From Squalus acanthias (lineage: Eukaryota), in assembly GCA_030390025.1 (NCBI GenBank), contig CM059448.1, forward strand, positions 25,854,001 to 25,918,000: a stretch of DNA of 64,000 nt. The letters are read 5' to 3'. Shown in pieces: positions 11,966-24,240 of the stretch. The stretch's first letter is position 1; each line of letters opens with the position of its first letter. The translations under genes were made by a program, and so were the position numbers. Below the pieces are notes generated by a model that saw only the letters and a list, made by a program, of their open reading frames with translations, was not told the origin of the DNA and did not search any database.

Positions 11966-12563
11966 TTACTGACTTTAGTGTCAGCGCACTAACAACAAAT
12001 GACACCCGAGAAGCAAGAGGACCAAATGTCCCCAAAATATCAGGGTTAGAACGAAGTCAGGAGAAAAGTCAGGAGGGTTCCAAAGACCAGCTGCTTGTGC
12101 TTGCTGTGGCTAAGGAGCCTGTTCCTCAGGCTCAGACCCCACCCCAGCCCCAACCACAACCCCAACCCCAGTCCCAGTCCCAGGCCAAACTCTGCTCTCC
12201 ACTTCCTGTGCAGCCCCAGCTTACACAGCTACTCCCACAGCCAAAGGCTCTACCACAATCCCAGGGTCAAGCCCAACCCCAATCCCAACCCGTACTTCCA
12301 TCCCAACCCGTACTTCCATCCCAACCCCAACCTGTACCTCTACCCCAACCTCAGCCTCAACCCATATCTCAGCCTCAAGCTCAATCCCAGGCTCAAACTC
12401 CTCAGCACCAACCTCACCCTCACCCTCACCCTCAACCTCAGCCTCAGCCACCTTCTCCTGCACAGCCAGTTCTGCAAAGTCAGCTTCCATCTCGGCCAAC
12501 ATCTCGGAGCCTCCCGCAATCTCTGTCTGTGTACAGCAGCAGCCTAAGTCTAAACAGCATAAG
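11966..12563 (+). CDS. AUTS2: AUTS2 exon 7-equivalent (598 nt, phase 1-2), Pro/Gln-rich
   Basis: Acceptor ctgttttctctatag, donor AG|gtgagt. Translates TDFSVSALTTNDTREARGPNVPKISGLERSQEKSQE...SLSVYSSSLSLNSI. Confidence 0.93.
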
Positions 12564-13397
12564 GTGAGTAATTGAAATTGTTTATAATTCTTCATATGTG
12601 CTTGGAAGATACTAAATTACCTGTGAGCAGTGAGAACTTTTACTTAAGCAAACATATGTACCACCACTTTCTAACTTTAACTCACTTTATACGCGGGTTA
12701 ATTGTAATTGAATGCATGAATTACAACAGTAGGGGCAGTCTGAATTGACTTGCAGTCCATTACACCCAGAGATGATGGTATCTGATATGAATGTATACAA
12801 CACGAATGTGAGGAAAAATGAATGTAATTTCAAATTGAAATAAAGTTTAGATGATAACTTGATAGAAACAAATTTAGTTATAGATGACGCTTTGTTATCC
12901 AAAGTCAAAAATTCAAATTTGGGCCTTCCAGTTTAATGAAACTGTAAGCTTGATAGGTGACACATCAAATGATATGTGAGCAACTTTACTCCCCCAATTT
13001 TGCCTGCTCTTCTCCTGCCTAATGGGGTATGGCTTCAAGAGGCCAGTCTACATATGTTGCTTATAGGCTGCCTGCTGACAGTCATCAGTGGAAGACATTA
13101 CAACCGAGCCTGATCCGAACATCCACACACTTTCCAGAGGTATCACTGGATAGCAATCAGAAGTGGGGAATCTGGCTGAGATGGCTAAATTGACAGACGC
13201 TGTTAATTTGAACTTCAGATCCTCCTAAATCTCCAATTGGTTATCATGCCTTTCAGTCTATGTAGACATGGAAACATGACTTACAAGACACTTCAATCGT
13301 GGCAACAACTCCCCTTGAAATGCAACATTGTACCTGTGATTTAATTACTGATTCAAAGATGTTGCACAATTTTTAAGTACATGATTCACAGTTAAAT

Positions 13398-13503
13398 TAC
13401 ATTACAGCAGTGACTATACTTCAAAAGTACTTCATTGGCTGTACAGCGCTTTAGGACGTCCTGAGGTCGTGAAAGGCACTATATAAATGCAAGTTTTTCT
13501 TTC
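13398..13503 (+). mobile_element. DeuSINE/L2 3' tail fragment
   Basis: ACATTACAGCAGTGACTATACTTCAAAAGTACTTCATTGGCTGT...GCACTATATAAATGCAAG matches the tail of 47684-48157. Confidence 0.85.
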
Positions 13504-13714
13504 ACAGTGTTTGGGAGGGGAGAGAGAAGAATCATCCCTCCCCTATTATCTCTATGAGTCACAGATTAATAAAAGTGCAGGATCAATAAATCGTAAATGA
13601 GATTGCGAGTGTTGGCAATGCTGTACGTGCCAGTATGAAGTGAAAATTGTTCACGAAGTTTGTTTATGAATCTCATTGTGCTTTTTGTCTCTCTCTCTCT
13701 CTCTCTTTTCTCAG

Positions 13715-13968
13715 CAGCAGCAGAAGCAGCACTCCAGTCAAACCTCAAGTTCCTCCAGCACAAATTTCCCATCATCCTTCCACTCCAAGCTTTTCTTTGG
13801 CCCTCGCAGCCCACAATACTTCGCATACTTTTACACCTAGTCTACAGCCTGCAAATCATTCGCATCATCCCACTATGTTTGCCCCCCATTCAGCTCTACC
13901 ACCACCTCCTCCACTGACGTCAAGTGCACTTCAGGTTCCAGGACACCCCGCTGGGGCCGGGTATTCAG
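13715..13968 (+). CDS. AUTS2: AUTS2 exon 8-equivalent (254 nt, phase 2-1)
   Basis: (CT)n tract then tcag|, donor G|gtgagt. Translates [22 protein letters not shown]...[31 protein letters not shown]. Confidence 0.95.
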
Positions 13969-14499
13969 GTGAGTCACATACTTCCCAGCAAACCCATTTC
14001 AACTCTGTTAATATATTAAAAACAGGAATGCTATTCCGTATTTCTCTTTTTCCAATCCATACCATTCCTGGCATTACCATCCATGAACTTCCAAACAAAG
14101 GAACAAAGAAGTAGAAATCCACTGGGTTATCAACCCTTTAAATCCCATGGAGTAGTCCAGGAGTAGATACAGTGCAGTCATATCCTTACTATACAATTTT
14201 GCCATATCTTCGAGAGTATAAGTTGTGTTGTGTGTCTACCTGATCCAATGATGACTTTTATGAACCTCATTACTTTTCCATGACTGGTTGTTCTATTTTG
14301 TTCTGCAGTTAGTCCAAGTAAATTGGATGTTAGGTTGTATTGATCAGTCAGAAAGCTTGCACATAATTGAAAGTGTAAGAATGTATCTTTGAAATGTTTC
14401 CAAAACATAATACTTGTGAAAGTTATAACAGATGTAGATGTCCATCACCCTTTTAGACTATCTTAAATGGGCTCAGTGTTTACAGTGTCTCCTAAAGGA

Positions 14500-16860
14500 A
14501 AAGCTATACTCAGTTGGTACATAATCCTAAATTTTATGAAGATTGATGATATCTGCACACCAACCTTGCTTATAGTTGTCCCAGTTACTATGTTGTATGT
14601 TTTAAAGCTAGTGGATAAAGGCAGCCCAGTAGCATGTTTTTTGTTGCTGCCAAGATTAAGCAGCCTGGAGACACTCCTTGATTGTTTGCTTGAATCTTTC
14701 CTTCTGTTTGCAGCGGGGATTCGATCCTGGCAAAATCCACGGTGTTCTGTAAACTGCTTGAAATGTGAATGCTGAAATGGGGATCCATTGTCTGACTTTA
14801 ACACCTCTGGAATTCTGTGTAAAAACACAACAAAAATCTTGTTTAGTTGCAGAATAGTGGCTCTAGGCGATGTGGATTTGGTTATTTCAGCTTGTAGAAA
14901 TTGGGAGAAATTCTTGACCTCTAATAAGAGAGAGTCTTATTTTGTAAAGGGTCCACATCTACATGGACATCTACATCGGCCATAACTTTCAAAAATACTA
15001 TATTTGGGCAAGGAGAAGGGGCGAACCAGCTGAGCAGATGGTCTCTATGCTAGTGAGTAAGAAGTCAGTGAGCCCCATGCATATGTTGTTGGAGGTGAGG
15101 GTGAAAGGAGTTTAAGGAGACAGTTAGTAGTGGTGAAGAGAAGCCAGGGATTATCTTTGCTCTCCAAGATGATCCTGGAGTAGTGGACTGTTTTGATAGG
15201 GGAAGGTGACGTCCGATAGCACTTGATGTGATCCAGCCAAATCTGGTGATGGTAGTCTAAACTAGTTCTGTATCACATATGCACCAGTCTGCACCCAAGT
15301 CAATAATTAATGATCATACAATAAGTCTAGACTTTCAGCTGATACTAGAAGAAGGTTTAGACTGTGCCTTGGAGAATACAGGAAACAAAGGCTTGTGATC
15401 TTTTAACGCCTTAAATTGTTAGCTGTAATTGTGTAAGTGGATTCTGTCAATAACTTGTCAGGTGGTATGTCAAAATATATTTCCTGTTGAAGATATGATG
15501 AAAGTTAACCTTTTGTATCACTTCAGTGTGATGCATATGTAATATAATGCCTCTTTTTGTCGCGCTCCAGTTGGCGATATCCAGATTTCAGGTCTAGCTT
15601 TGAGGAAACACATGATCTGTTTACCTCTGCAACAGCTTCATCCAGAATTGAAGCATCATGTCATTTATGCATAATAGCATTGTGTGCTCCTTGTATATCA
15701 ACACGACGTTTTGGGATTCTTTAGCTTGGTGATAATTACTGGAGGTAAAATCCAAGCTGTAGGACCATCTGCATTTTCAGTTATTCCATTATCCTCCAAC
15801 TCTTTCAGCTTTATTTTCTTCCATAGAGGAAATGGTATCTTGTGCTGATGCTGAGCAACAGACTTGGCCATCTGCAGTTTGAACTGCATGTCTTTCACTG
15901 TACCTAAACTGAGAAATATCGGAGAGAATGCACAGCAAATAAAATGCTCTGATGTTAATATATATGCTACATACTGCTGAAGGTCGGCTAGTGAGTTGTA
16001 CTGCCCTAATGTAGATAACTAGACTCTTCTTTCGCAACAAATGTACCAGGTGAGACTGCTTGCATGCCAGACTCGATGTGAGTGAAGAATTTACCAAGCA
16101 CTAGAAGAGGTGTCTTTGTATCAGTTGGAATGAACTGCATCTGCGTGTGGTGGAGCTTCACTCAAAGCTCAGAACCAACAGCAGTAGATTGGTAACATGA
16201 TTTATCCATAATATTCCTTGGACAACCGGAATCCACAATGACTTGAGTTAACATACTGTCACTGTCTACTCTTTGCTTATTATGGGATTGTTGATGTTCT
16301 GTTCTGATATGGCGATTAATGTGCATCATGTTCAGAGCTGGTTAGACGAGGGCCTGCAGCACATCTTGCTGTTTTAACTGGCTGCAATTTAGTGATTATA
16401 TTACTGGGCCACCATGTTGCATCAGATGTTTTTGTAGAGATCAACATTAGGATGACTGACAGCACTTGGAGAATGATTTTATTTCCTACATGGACAATTT
16501 CCTGCTCTACAATCACCAGTATGGGGGTAATTCTCACTGCAGCGATAACACACACCGTTTCAGTTGACCTGGCTATACTTGTTTTGTCATGTTGTGGTGC
16601 AGTTTGTACTTGACGTTTATTGGATTGAAAGAGACTTGTTGCTTAGTTTGCACAACAGTTAGCTAGATCACGTGCTCTATCTAGTTCTAAAGGTCCATCT
16701 GCAGACTGCTCCTTTTCCAGGGCTCAACACTGCTGGATGATCTTTGTTTTGATTTCCCAGTCTCGTCCATGAAATTATATTTTGCTGCTTGCTGACATAA
16801 GTGTGTGGAAAAAAAATCAACACATTCATTCTTGTGCTGCTGAACCCATTAAAATGTAAA
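14500..16860 (-). mobile_element. Decayed Gypsy LTR retrotransposon internal region (gag-RT-integrase relics)
   Basis: In gag-RT-IN order on the minus strand: zinc knuckle CYRCSENYPHTGDC (~16550-16510); RT start IPFPLWKKIKLKELEDNGITENADGPTAWILPPVI (~15840-15730); integrase PEVLKSDNGSPFQHSHFKQF (~14810-14750). Many stops; boundaries approximate; no LTRs recognised. Confidence 0.8.
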
Positions 16861-17681
16861 TTCATTCATAAGTTACATTTTTCTGAGGAGGGAAATGATC
16901 AGTTAGATCTTTCTGAGCCTTATCATAGTCTGCGTAATTTCTAGGCAACATGTCGAATATATCTTGCAAATGTCGACCCCATAATGCAGGTGTGAAGCTG
17001 TCTTTCGTGTGTTATGGATATGGTTTAATGGGGCAGGATCCTTTGTTCTAGCTTTGCTGTAGAGGGGCAACCTAAGGCTTGGCAGATCCAGGTGGTACAA
17101 TGTAGGATTTGGCTCACTGGTAGATTCCTGGTGTCTGTCAGCAGGGGAGGGGGAGAGAACGGACCTGATAGCACTTTGGGGAGGAGTGGGGAGGGCCAGC
17201 ATTAGTCTTTAATTTTCTCTGAAAACATGTGTTTTGTGATCTGGTTCCTGGAAGTGTATCTTTAGCCCCAATTTTAAGCTAACCCGGCCAGCGAGAACAG
17301 GGTGGGATCAGTCGGACACCCGTTGTTCACCCCGCCCGCTGTACACCTGACCCACTTTTATGCTCCAACTGTGATGGCAAAATGTTTGCATAGGATTTTC
17401 CCATTCTAAAATGTTTACATACAGCATCCTGTTATAAATGTTTACATTGGAAGTTCCATTAGAAATGTTGTCACAAAAAGTATTGCAGGAAGTAATGTTC
17501 GTAGACAGGAAGTGCAAGCCATATGCAAGATTTGTAATAGACATCTTTGCTTTCTGATATCTGATGATGTATGCAATATGTATGTACAATTTTGAGTTAT
17601 ATTTATACCATCTTTGTGACAGTTCCGATGTTTCCTGTACGAACGTATTGCTAAATCTCATTACTGCATGACCTTCACTGA

Positions 17682-18197
<516 letters not shown>

Positions 18198-19584
18198 TGA
18201 ACCATAAATACTTTGTGCTAATTAGAGGAATTTATAACAGTTTCATTCCCAGCATTCTTCAAATATTTGTGCTGTTGTGAATTTAAGACCACAGGAGCAA
18301 TTGTCTGACTGTGCGCCTCGCAGGGAGCCTCAGCTATTCTGAGTGCACATTGGAAAGTTGGGCGTGCATTGCACACAATTTTCCGAGCATTGGTTTTAAA
18401 TGTTAGGAAAATCAGGTACCCAAATTTCCAGTCTGTGCTTCTGGCAGGTGGGAACTCCCAGCAGAAACGGGAAGTCAGAAAATTACCCGTCAGATGTCCT
18501 CACAAATTTCTGGGTTGCAAACAAGAAACAATTTATGCGCACAAACAAGGCACCCGATTGGATGATAGACGTCCAATCATATTTTGTGCAATAACGCAAC
18601 CTCAGTATCGTAAAAGATCTTTTGTGCATTGAGGTGGCATCGTTGCCATAGTAGCAGCTCTTTGCTGCCATAAATTGTTACCACTGTTTGCATCTTGAGT
18701 TTCTCTGCAAGACAGCACAGAGCTTTTGTATGTAAAATGCCATAAATTCTCTGCATTGGAAGAATTGCAAAGTATTTTGGCTCTGGACTTGAAGAGATGA
18801 GAGTGGCTGAGGAGTGGGATGGCTGCAGCTCGGGCTTCTCAAGGAGCCAGTTATGGGTTTGATTTTGCATATCATGACACTCAGGTTTGCCTTCTGTGGT
18901 GGATGTGAATTCTGTCAGTTCATGTCTGCCTCCTGTGATGGGCGGGGGGGGAAGTCCCACAAGGCTGACATGGCTGTCTCACAAAGACAGCGTTGGCAGT
19001 GATCGTGAAGAGATTTGTGCTGTTGGTGGTCTTACCCTCCTAACTGAATGGGATTGAAAAGTTAGAGGCACTTACAGAAGAAAGGGTGGGGGGGGGGCGG
19101 CGGGTTGAGTAAATTCAAAATGAAGGATGTTGACAATCTGATACTTGGGTTATATTTCACCACTGAAATCAGTGTGTAGTTATTGGTAGAGCTCCAAAGT
19201 GTCATTCAGAGAAGCTGTGATTTGAATCCCAGCTTTAACTTCTGTTTGCATTCTGCTCTTCTCTGTGACTGAGTAAGGCCATTTCTCAGCTAGGCCAGAC
19301 TGCTTGGTGGAGTGACTCAGCTCGGGAGGTGAGGAAAATCATGAGGGTTACCAGAAAGCTCACCTCCAGGCAGCTGATATGGGAATGTAGAGATGGAAAC
19401 CATAGGTGTCCAGACCACTTTTGAGGTGGAAAGGCATGGAAGAGGGATAAAATGGGGCTAAAATAATTATAGGGCAATGGTAGGTCTCCCTGCCCCATTT
19501 CTCTTCCTATTTCGCCTCTATGCCACCTAAACTCAGGATATACAGTGGAGGAAAGATCAGCCCATAATTTCTTCATTGGACACT

Positions 19585-20000
19585 GTCAGCTTGGCTCACT
19601 TGATAGCACTTTCACCCCGGAGTCAGAAAGTTGTAGTTTTAAGCCGCACTCCAGGATTGAGCACATAACTTAGGCTGCAGTATGGAGGGAATGCTGCATT
19701 GTTGGGGGTGCCATCTTTCGAATCGTGAATTAACCTGAGCCTTCATCTGCTGATTCAGGTAGATGTAAAAGATCCTGTGGAAGAGAGTTCTCCTGGTGTC
19801 CTGGCCAGCATTCTGCTGTCAGCCAACACCATCTAAAACAGATTAACTGGTCACTTACCTCATTGCTGTTTGCCAGACCTTGCTTTGTTCCAAAAAAAAC
19901 TGCAGTGACTGCACATCAGTAGTAATTAATTGGGTATGAAGCGCTTTGAGACATCCTGCAGATGTGATAAGATGCTATATAAATGCAAATGCGTTCGTTC
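19585..20000 (+). mobile_element. DeuSINE (SacSINE1-like), near full-length, diverged
   Basis: tRNA-like head GTCAGCTTGGCTCA, Deu domain GTAAAAGATCC...GAGTTCTCCTGGTGTCCTGGCCA, tail GCTATATAAATGCAA. Confidence 0.85.
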
Positions 20001-21535
20001 CTAAAATAAAAATGAGATCCATGCAACATTTCAGTCATGTATTTGGTTCAGGGACGTCACTGTAAATAGGGTCATGTCCAATTAATTAAAACATTTTATT
20101 TAGCCTGTTTTTAATTATGCTTATAGCTGCTAGTTATTGGTGGTTTTACAAATACAAGAATAGCAATATGGGTGCCTCTTGCAGAGACTTTGTCCAAATA
20201 GTTTACTTGCCATTATATACTTTATTCATCTTTTCCTCCATGGTTTGGAACATTTGTATTTAATTACAGTTTTAAAGACCCTTTCTATTAGTCTAAAAGG
20301 GCAAAAGCTGAGAGTCTGAAACTTGACCTATTTATTGTGAGGCTGAAGAAATGTAAACGGATAATCCACTAAAATGTGCAGGTTATATTGGACACTAGTT
20401 ATTTGTAGCACTGCAACAAATTGTGCATCACTGTTTAAACCCATTTTTTTTAAACAACCTACACAGAACTCATTGAAAAGATAAGTAACAGTTAAATTGA
20501 GACGGAGGAAGAAAAGGAATGCAGTCTCTTTTTAAGAAAACAGTTTCAGTTTTGAAATGCTATACATTTATGTGGAAGTCAAATTCCTGTCTGGTCTGAC
20601 ATCTTTAGGTCGCATTACCGTGTTAACCCCTTGGATTGCAGGATATTCCCCTTGGCTTTGAAGGAGCCAGGCTGCTCTTCCTCATGATGCTTTGAAGATG
20701 AAAATAAGTTGGTCTGAATGTTGTTACTGAATTTTTACACCGTCATTTTATAATCTACAAATTCATGGGGGGGGGGCGGGGGTTCTGAGCATCGTTCAAC
20801 TCCTGAATGTATTTCTGTCACATATAAGAGCGATATCTGTTAAAAACAAACTGTGCATGGAATGGTGAAGCTTCATACTGCCCATGGAGTAGGACCTGGG
20901 TTTGCACCCCATGATTTTCCCTGCAGTGAGCTGTTGCTTCTTCTCTGGCTTGCTGTTGAGGAGGAGAGAGGCGGTGACAGGAGGCCAGGCACCGTCCTTA
21001 AGGGAGAGAAAATGACGCGGGCACGTCATCTTAAAGAAAAAAAACCTCTAGAAGCCAGACCAGGAGTGGGACTGGTGGAGGCGTGAAGAAGTTTACCTAC
21101 TTGGCCAGATTGTGATGAGGAGGCCGTGAAGTGGAGACGGGAAGAAGGAAAAAAGCCTCCCTTTCTCTCCAAAAATAAATTCTATGGCCTTGGGTTTCTA
21201 CTTTTGCACTGGGCAGCCTGCGATTTTCTGCCCATTAAAGTGAATAGACAAAAAGTTGTACTCTGGCAAGCACAGAAGCAGAGAACCCCGGCCTACATAT
21301 CCGTGATCCCCGTGTATGTATTTTGTCTTTTATATTTTTAACAGAATGTCGATCTAAGAGCTCATGAAATACAAAACATTTGCACAGCGCAGACAATGGA
21401 TCTGTGTTAAAATATATAAGACAAGACTGCATGTTGTCTAGGAGCTGGATTTATTTTATCACGCGTGGATTGTAATATTTGACACTTGTGGCTCCAGTTC
21501 GGTGTGACAGATTGTTTTTGAACAGCAGAACTTGA

Positions 21536-21549
21536 GTTGCCATGGCAAC
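21536..21549. promoter_or_regulatory. Perfect palindromic RFX X-box motif
   Basis: GTTGCCATGGCAAC is a 14-bp perfect palindrome matching the RFX consensus, about 60 bp upstream of exon 10. Confidence 0.65.
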
Positions 21550-21608
21550 AAGAATGAATCTGTGTGAACAGACCATAACCTGTTTTACGTGCTTTGATTC
21601 CTTTGCAG

Positions 21609-21653
21609 TTTGACAAATACCCAACAAAAGTTGATCCCTTCTACCGACACAGT
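21609..21653 (+). CDS. AUTS2: AUTS2 exon 10-equivalent (45 nt, phase 0-0)
   Basis: ctttgcag| FDKYPTKVDPFYRHS |gtgagt. Confidence 0.97.
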
Positions 21654-22178
21654 GTGAGTGAACTCACCATTACAGCAAACTTCATAGCTCCAGCCATAGA
21701 CAACCCTTGAAGCACTGTGTTAGTTCAAGCTTTAGTGTGATGACTCGAGCTTCATGGTTCGTGCCTCAACACCCCAAAATATAAAAGAAAATCGGGTTGT
21801 TAGCGGGCCGTTGTTTTGTATTGACGGCCCTCGTGCATGTATTCTGCTTGTAATACTTCCAGTGTAGCGCAAATGTGGCAAAGTTAGATTGAAGTTGGCA
21901 TAAACGCACTATTCCCATTTAAGCTGCAGAATGAAGTCATGCCAGCCACGGGCACTGAGACTAGCCTGGTTAACAAAACACTTCTTTCTGGTGAGGCAAA
22001 ATACTTGTTATACTGTTCTTGTCCCTAAAGTCTTTTTGGCCTTTTAGCATTTATTGCATTTGGAGTTGAATTGACAGGTTGTTAAGGGAAAAACTTGATA
22101 CAGAACATTCAGTTTCAGTCTGCTGTGCAGAAATTACTCTTTTTTGTCGATTATTTTGTCTTTTCTCCCTCCTCTCAG

Positions 22179-22238
22179 GCCACCTAATGTCACACGGCAT
22201 AGCCTGTCTGAGACCGTGGCGAGGAGACTTGCTCCCAG
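22179..22238 (+). other. Candidate stop-containing (poison) cassette exon in AUTS2 intron 10
   Basis: Long pyrimidine tract ttttgtcttttctccctcctctcag|, in-frame GCC ACC TAA, donor CAG|gtacct (alternative GAG|gtgtga at 22279). No transcript evidence. Confidence 0.5.
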
Positions 22239-22994
22239 GTACCTGACAGTGTCTCTCTCTGTACTAGGCCAAGAGGAGGTGTGAGAGAGAGCTTGTGGGG
22301 CGGGGGAGGCGTGGATGAGAGGGGATTGTTGTCTGGTTAAATTTAGCTTTGCTTTTTCCCCTCCCTCTTTATAGAAAAGCGTCTCACTCAGATCTGACCG
22401 AGCTGAGACCCAGAACTCATTGTGTGCAGAATGTAGGACGCCTTTCAATCCTGTTTTTAAACCATTTCTATTTATAGCTACTTTTCAAGTTTCTTTCGCC
22501 AATAAAGCCATCAGACTTGTGTTAATCAAGGCTTTCAGAGATGCAACCCCTTGCAGAAACTGGCGATCACTTTCCCCTCTGATTTCCAGTGTTGTCACTG
22601 AATGGTGAATCATTATATTGTGTAAAGCCACAGACTCCGCTGTCTGGCTTTTATTTCCTCTGTCACCAAAGTTTCCTTTTATGTCTTTCTCGGGTCTCAA
22701 GTGACTCAGACAAATTTAGCTTGCCAGAAGTCAAATAAACACTTGAGGTAGACTCCAGGATTCTTTATATACTATTTATGTTTAACCCTTGGAATACCAG
22801 CTAATCCAGGGATTCTGTGCTCCTCAGATCAACCAGTTCAAGAATTCAGCATATGCACAGTGAAACAAACCCATATACTGCAGCAATGCTATTTGATATC
22901 ACCGATATTAGTCTTCTTTCACTAATATAAACGCTTAAAAGATTTTCAGTAAAGAAATGTTTAGAAACTCTGCTTCTATTTTGCCTCTCAGCTG

Positions 22995-23200
22995 CACAGA
23001 GCAGGAAGGCCCCAGGTTTGATCCCCAGTCTGTGCTGAGTTTGCTAATCTCAGCAGAGTGGCTGTAGAAGCACTGTAGTTGGCCTCAGTAGTCCTGGATT
23101 AGGGAAGGTTCCTGCTCCGATCTCCAGCCAACAGCCTCTGCTGGAAATTCACATGCCTTGACGTCGGTTGATTACAGCATCAGGCTCAGCTTCCTCAAAA
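22995..23200 (+). mobile_element. LF-SINE-like element fragment
   Basis: CCAGGTTTGATCCCCAGTCTGTGCTGAGTTTGCTAATCTCAGC...TTGGCCTCAG: B-box-like head plus body shared with 23835 and 42700. Confidence 0.6.
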
Positions 23201-23834
23201 CGGACCACCATTCTCTCCAGCAGCTCCTGCAACGCTGCATCCTTGATGGTTGCAGTCTGTCACCTTGGGCTTGCTTTCCGCCCTTGAGTATCATGACAGC
23301 TTTAAGGCACCAGCAACCCTTTAAAAGCTGCTGGCGACCGAAGATGTGCACCAAAGCAGCTGACCTCGTCTAGAGCTACAGGCGTCTGCAGCATCCAAAC
23401 AGCAACGCTTCTGCTCCTTCAGTGCCAGGGCAATGTTATCAGCCCCAGACACTGCCTGAACTTAATTAATAGTGAAATGAGAAAAGCAGAGTCGAGCTGG
23501 AGCCGTTTTAGGTCAGGGCCAACAGAAAGTATCTTTTCTAATGGAGCACTGGATACAGACTGGAAGGGAAAAATATATGGTTTGCCCAAAATGTTTGCAA
23601 TTCATTTTTGAAGATCAGTAAGTGACCAAAAAATTGAAAGGGAAAGAAAACCAACAAAACACTATTGGAAGCCACTTAATGGCCCAATTAAAAGTTGCCA
23701 CATTTGAATTCTGTAGTCTTTCAGGATGACAGTGATTGGACCGGCAAATAAGGCCAACATTTTCTATGCACATTGATCTCAATAAGTGCATGTTTGATTT
23801 GGAGGAAACCAAACTTTCATACTACCAAAAGGCT

Positions 23835-24225
23835 GAGGTTCCCTTGTGGCTTAGCGGATAAATGCACCACCTGATGTGGTGCTGAGCCACACAGGCCAGG
23901 AAGATCCCAGGTTTCATCCCCAGTCCCTGGTGAATTGGCAGTTGGATCTCTAAGATCTAGCCATTGGGCTATCAGGTAAGCTTCTTGCTGCTGGTTGCTG
24001 TTCAATGGATTCTGCTGGAAATAATGTGTATGTGGCTGTTAGGCGAGAAAAAGATTGGGCTCCACTGCATTGACTTCCAGGGTTGAATTACCTGCCAAGA
24101 CTCACTCAAGGCTCATACAGGAAGAATAGCCAGTTGAATGAAAGACTGGAGGGCTGATAACACCTGTGGAACTGGGCCTTGGCATCTGGCAATGGCTTCA
24201 GGAGAGGCAGAGAGGACATTGGGGA
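23835..24225 (+). mobile_element. LF-SINE-like element, diverged
   Basis: A-box-like TGGCTTAGCGG, CCCAGGTTTCATCCCCAGTC, and body ACTCACTCAAGGCTCATAC shared with 42700-43070. Confidence 0.55.
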
Positions 24226-24240
24226 AGAAAAGCACACATG

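Noticed and set aside
12095-12595. Overlapping ORFs in alternative frames and on the opposite strand of exon 7
   Set aside because: Expected by-products of the repetitive CCN-CAR codon structure; no independent start or splice evidence.
22187-22248. Reinitiation at the TAATG overlap producing an in-frame C-terminal AUTS2
   Set aside because: With the 22238 donor this ATG is out of frame with exon 11, and reading on hits TGA before the second donor.
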